From Methanocellales archaeon (lineage in GTDB: Archaea; Halobacteriota; JAWCLZ01), in assembly GCA_038850285.1 (NCBI GenBank), contig JAWCMA010000015.1, forward strand, positions 1 through 25,564: a stretch of DNA of 25,564 nt, given 5' to 3'. How positions within the stretch are numbered: the first letter of the stretch is position 1; every line of letters starts with the position of its first letter. The translations under genes were made by a program, and so were the position numbers. Positions 24,771 through 25,564 of this stretch are shown piece after piece. The notes under the pieces were generated by a model. That model saw only the letters and a list, made by a program, of their open reading frames with translations. It searched no databases and was not told the origin of the DNA.

Positions 24771-25564
24771 ATGAAGAATAAAAAAACAGTGCTAAAAATT
24801 GGATTGGTTTTTGTAGCTTTATTATTTGGAGTATCCACCTCCGCTGCAGCAGAAACCATTTGCTCTTATAATGAGCCAGATGTTTCGCCAGATTTAATTC
24901 GTTTAACCAATTTTAGTGTCAGTGGAAATCCAATTCTAAAAGTTGGAGATATAGTTACTGTCAAATTTACCTTGCAAAATTATGGCCAAAATGATCTAAG
25001 TTTGGGTCAAAAAGGAATTTTTGCTGCTACCCGAGACCCGGATAATTTAGATACCTCTTTTGGTTTCACTCGTTCAAATACGACTTTAAAATATGGTGAA
25101 ACAGTTTCAATTGAAGTTTCCAGAGTTCTAGATAAAGCTGGGATTTGGAAAATCTGGCCATCTTATCATCTATCTTTGAAAACAGGACCTGATAATTGGC
25201 ATGCTTGTTCACTTCAGGTAACCAGTGCCATAAAAGATTTTGATAACGATGGAATTTCAGATGACAAGGATAATTGCCCCTATGTTTATAATCCCGATCA
25301 AAATGATTCGGATAATGATAGAATAGGTGATGTCTGCGATGTTTGTGATGACAGGGATTCTGATCAGGATGGAATAAAAAATTGCTTAGATAAATGCCCT
25401 GATAGAGCAGAAACTTATAATCAATATCAAGATGCGGATGGCTGTCCCGATGAAGTATCAAAAAAAGATACTACTCCCCCAACTATCACTATCAGCCATA
25501 GACCAACTATAGTTAATATCGCATCCAATGTTACTTTCACTGCTATTGCTAAAGATAACACTGG
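24771..25564 (+). CDS. Secreted/surface protein with an Ig/CARDB-like domain and thrombospondin type 3 Ca-binding repeats; partial, runs off the window end
   Basis: Not in the ORF track. Manual translation: signal peptide MKNKKTVLKIGLVFVALLFGVSTSAAA|ET; beta-rich domain KVGDIVTVKFTLQN; repeats DFDNDGISDDKDNCPYVYNPDQNDSDNDRIGDVCD...DSDQDGI..CLDKCP...DADGCPD (25236-25451); then DTTPPTITISH...VTFTAIAKDNTG. TATA-like TTTTATAAA near 24728. Confidence 0.85.
   Translation, partial: MKNKKTVLKIGLVFVALLFGVSTSAAAETICSYNEPDVSPDLIRLTNFSVSGNPILKVGDIVTVKFTLQNYGQNDLSLGQKGIFAATRDPDNLDTSFGFTRSNTTLKYGETVSIEVSRVLDKAGIWKIWPSYHLSLKTGPDNWHACSLQVTSAIKDFDNDGISDDKDNCPYVYNPDQNDSDNDRIGDVCDVCDDRDSDQDGIKNCLDKCPDRAETYNQYQDADGCPDEVSKKDTTPPTITISHRPTIVNIASNVTFTAIAKDNT

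Noticed and set aside
25066-25461. 131-aa His-rich minus-strand ORF
   Set aside because: Antisense shadow of the Asp-rich (GAT) thrombospondin type 3 repeat gene.

Overview
Gene-dense archaeal chromosomal window, probably from a Halobacteriota/Methanomicrobia-related lineage. Markers are DUF473, a PAC2 proteasome chaperone, class I LysRS, GTPBP1, the methanofuran enzyme MfnB, an HPS-RraA fusion and a short form III RuBisCO. It holds about 26 CDSs, two of them partial at the edges and absent from the ORF track, plus one tRNA-Arg(CCG). I see no CRISPR array, transposase or integrase. The best candidates for something new are: (1) a catalytically intact form III RuBisCO with its own promoter, translationally coupled to a small DUF5752-like protein and next to a PfkB kinase, an MFS transporter and an EhaR-like HAD protein; (2) a MenK/MqnK-like class C radical SAM enzyme in a methanofuran-making archaeon; (3) an alpha/beta hydrolase lacking its nucleophile, coupled to DUF460; (4) a PurD with altered substrate-site motifs; (5) a structured lysS/hps divergent promoter region with an 11-bp phased repeat between two palindrome-embedded TATA boxes. 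All family calls come from motif recognition by eye; no database searches were run.
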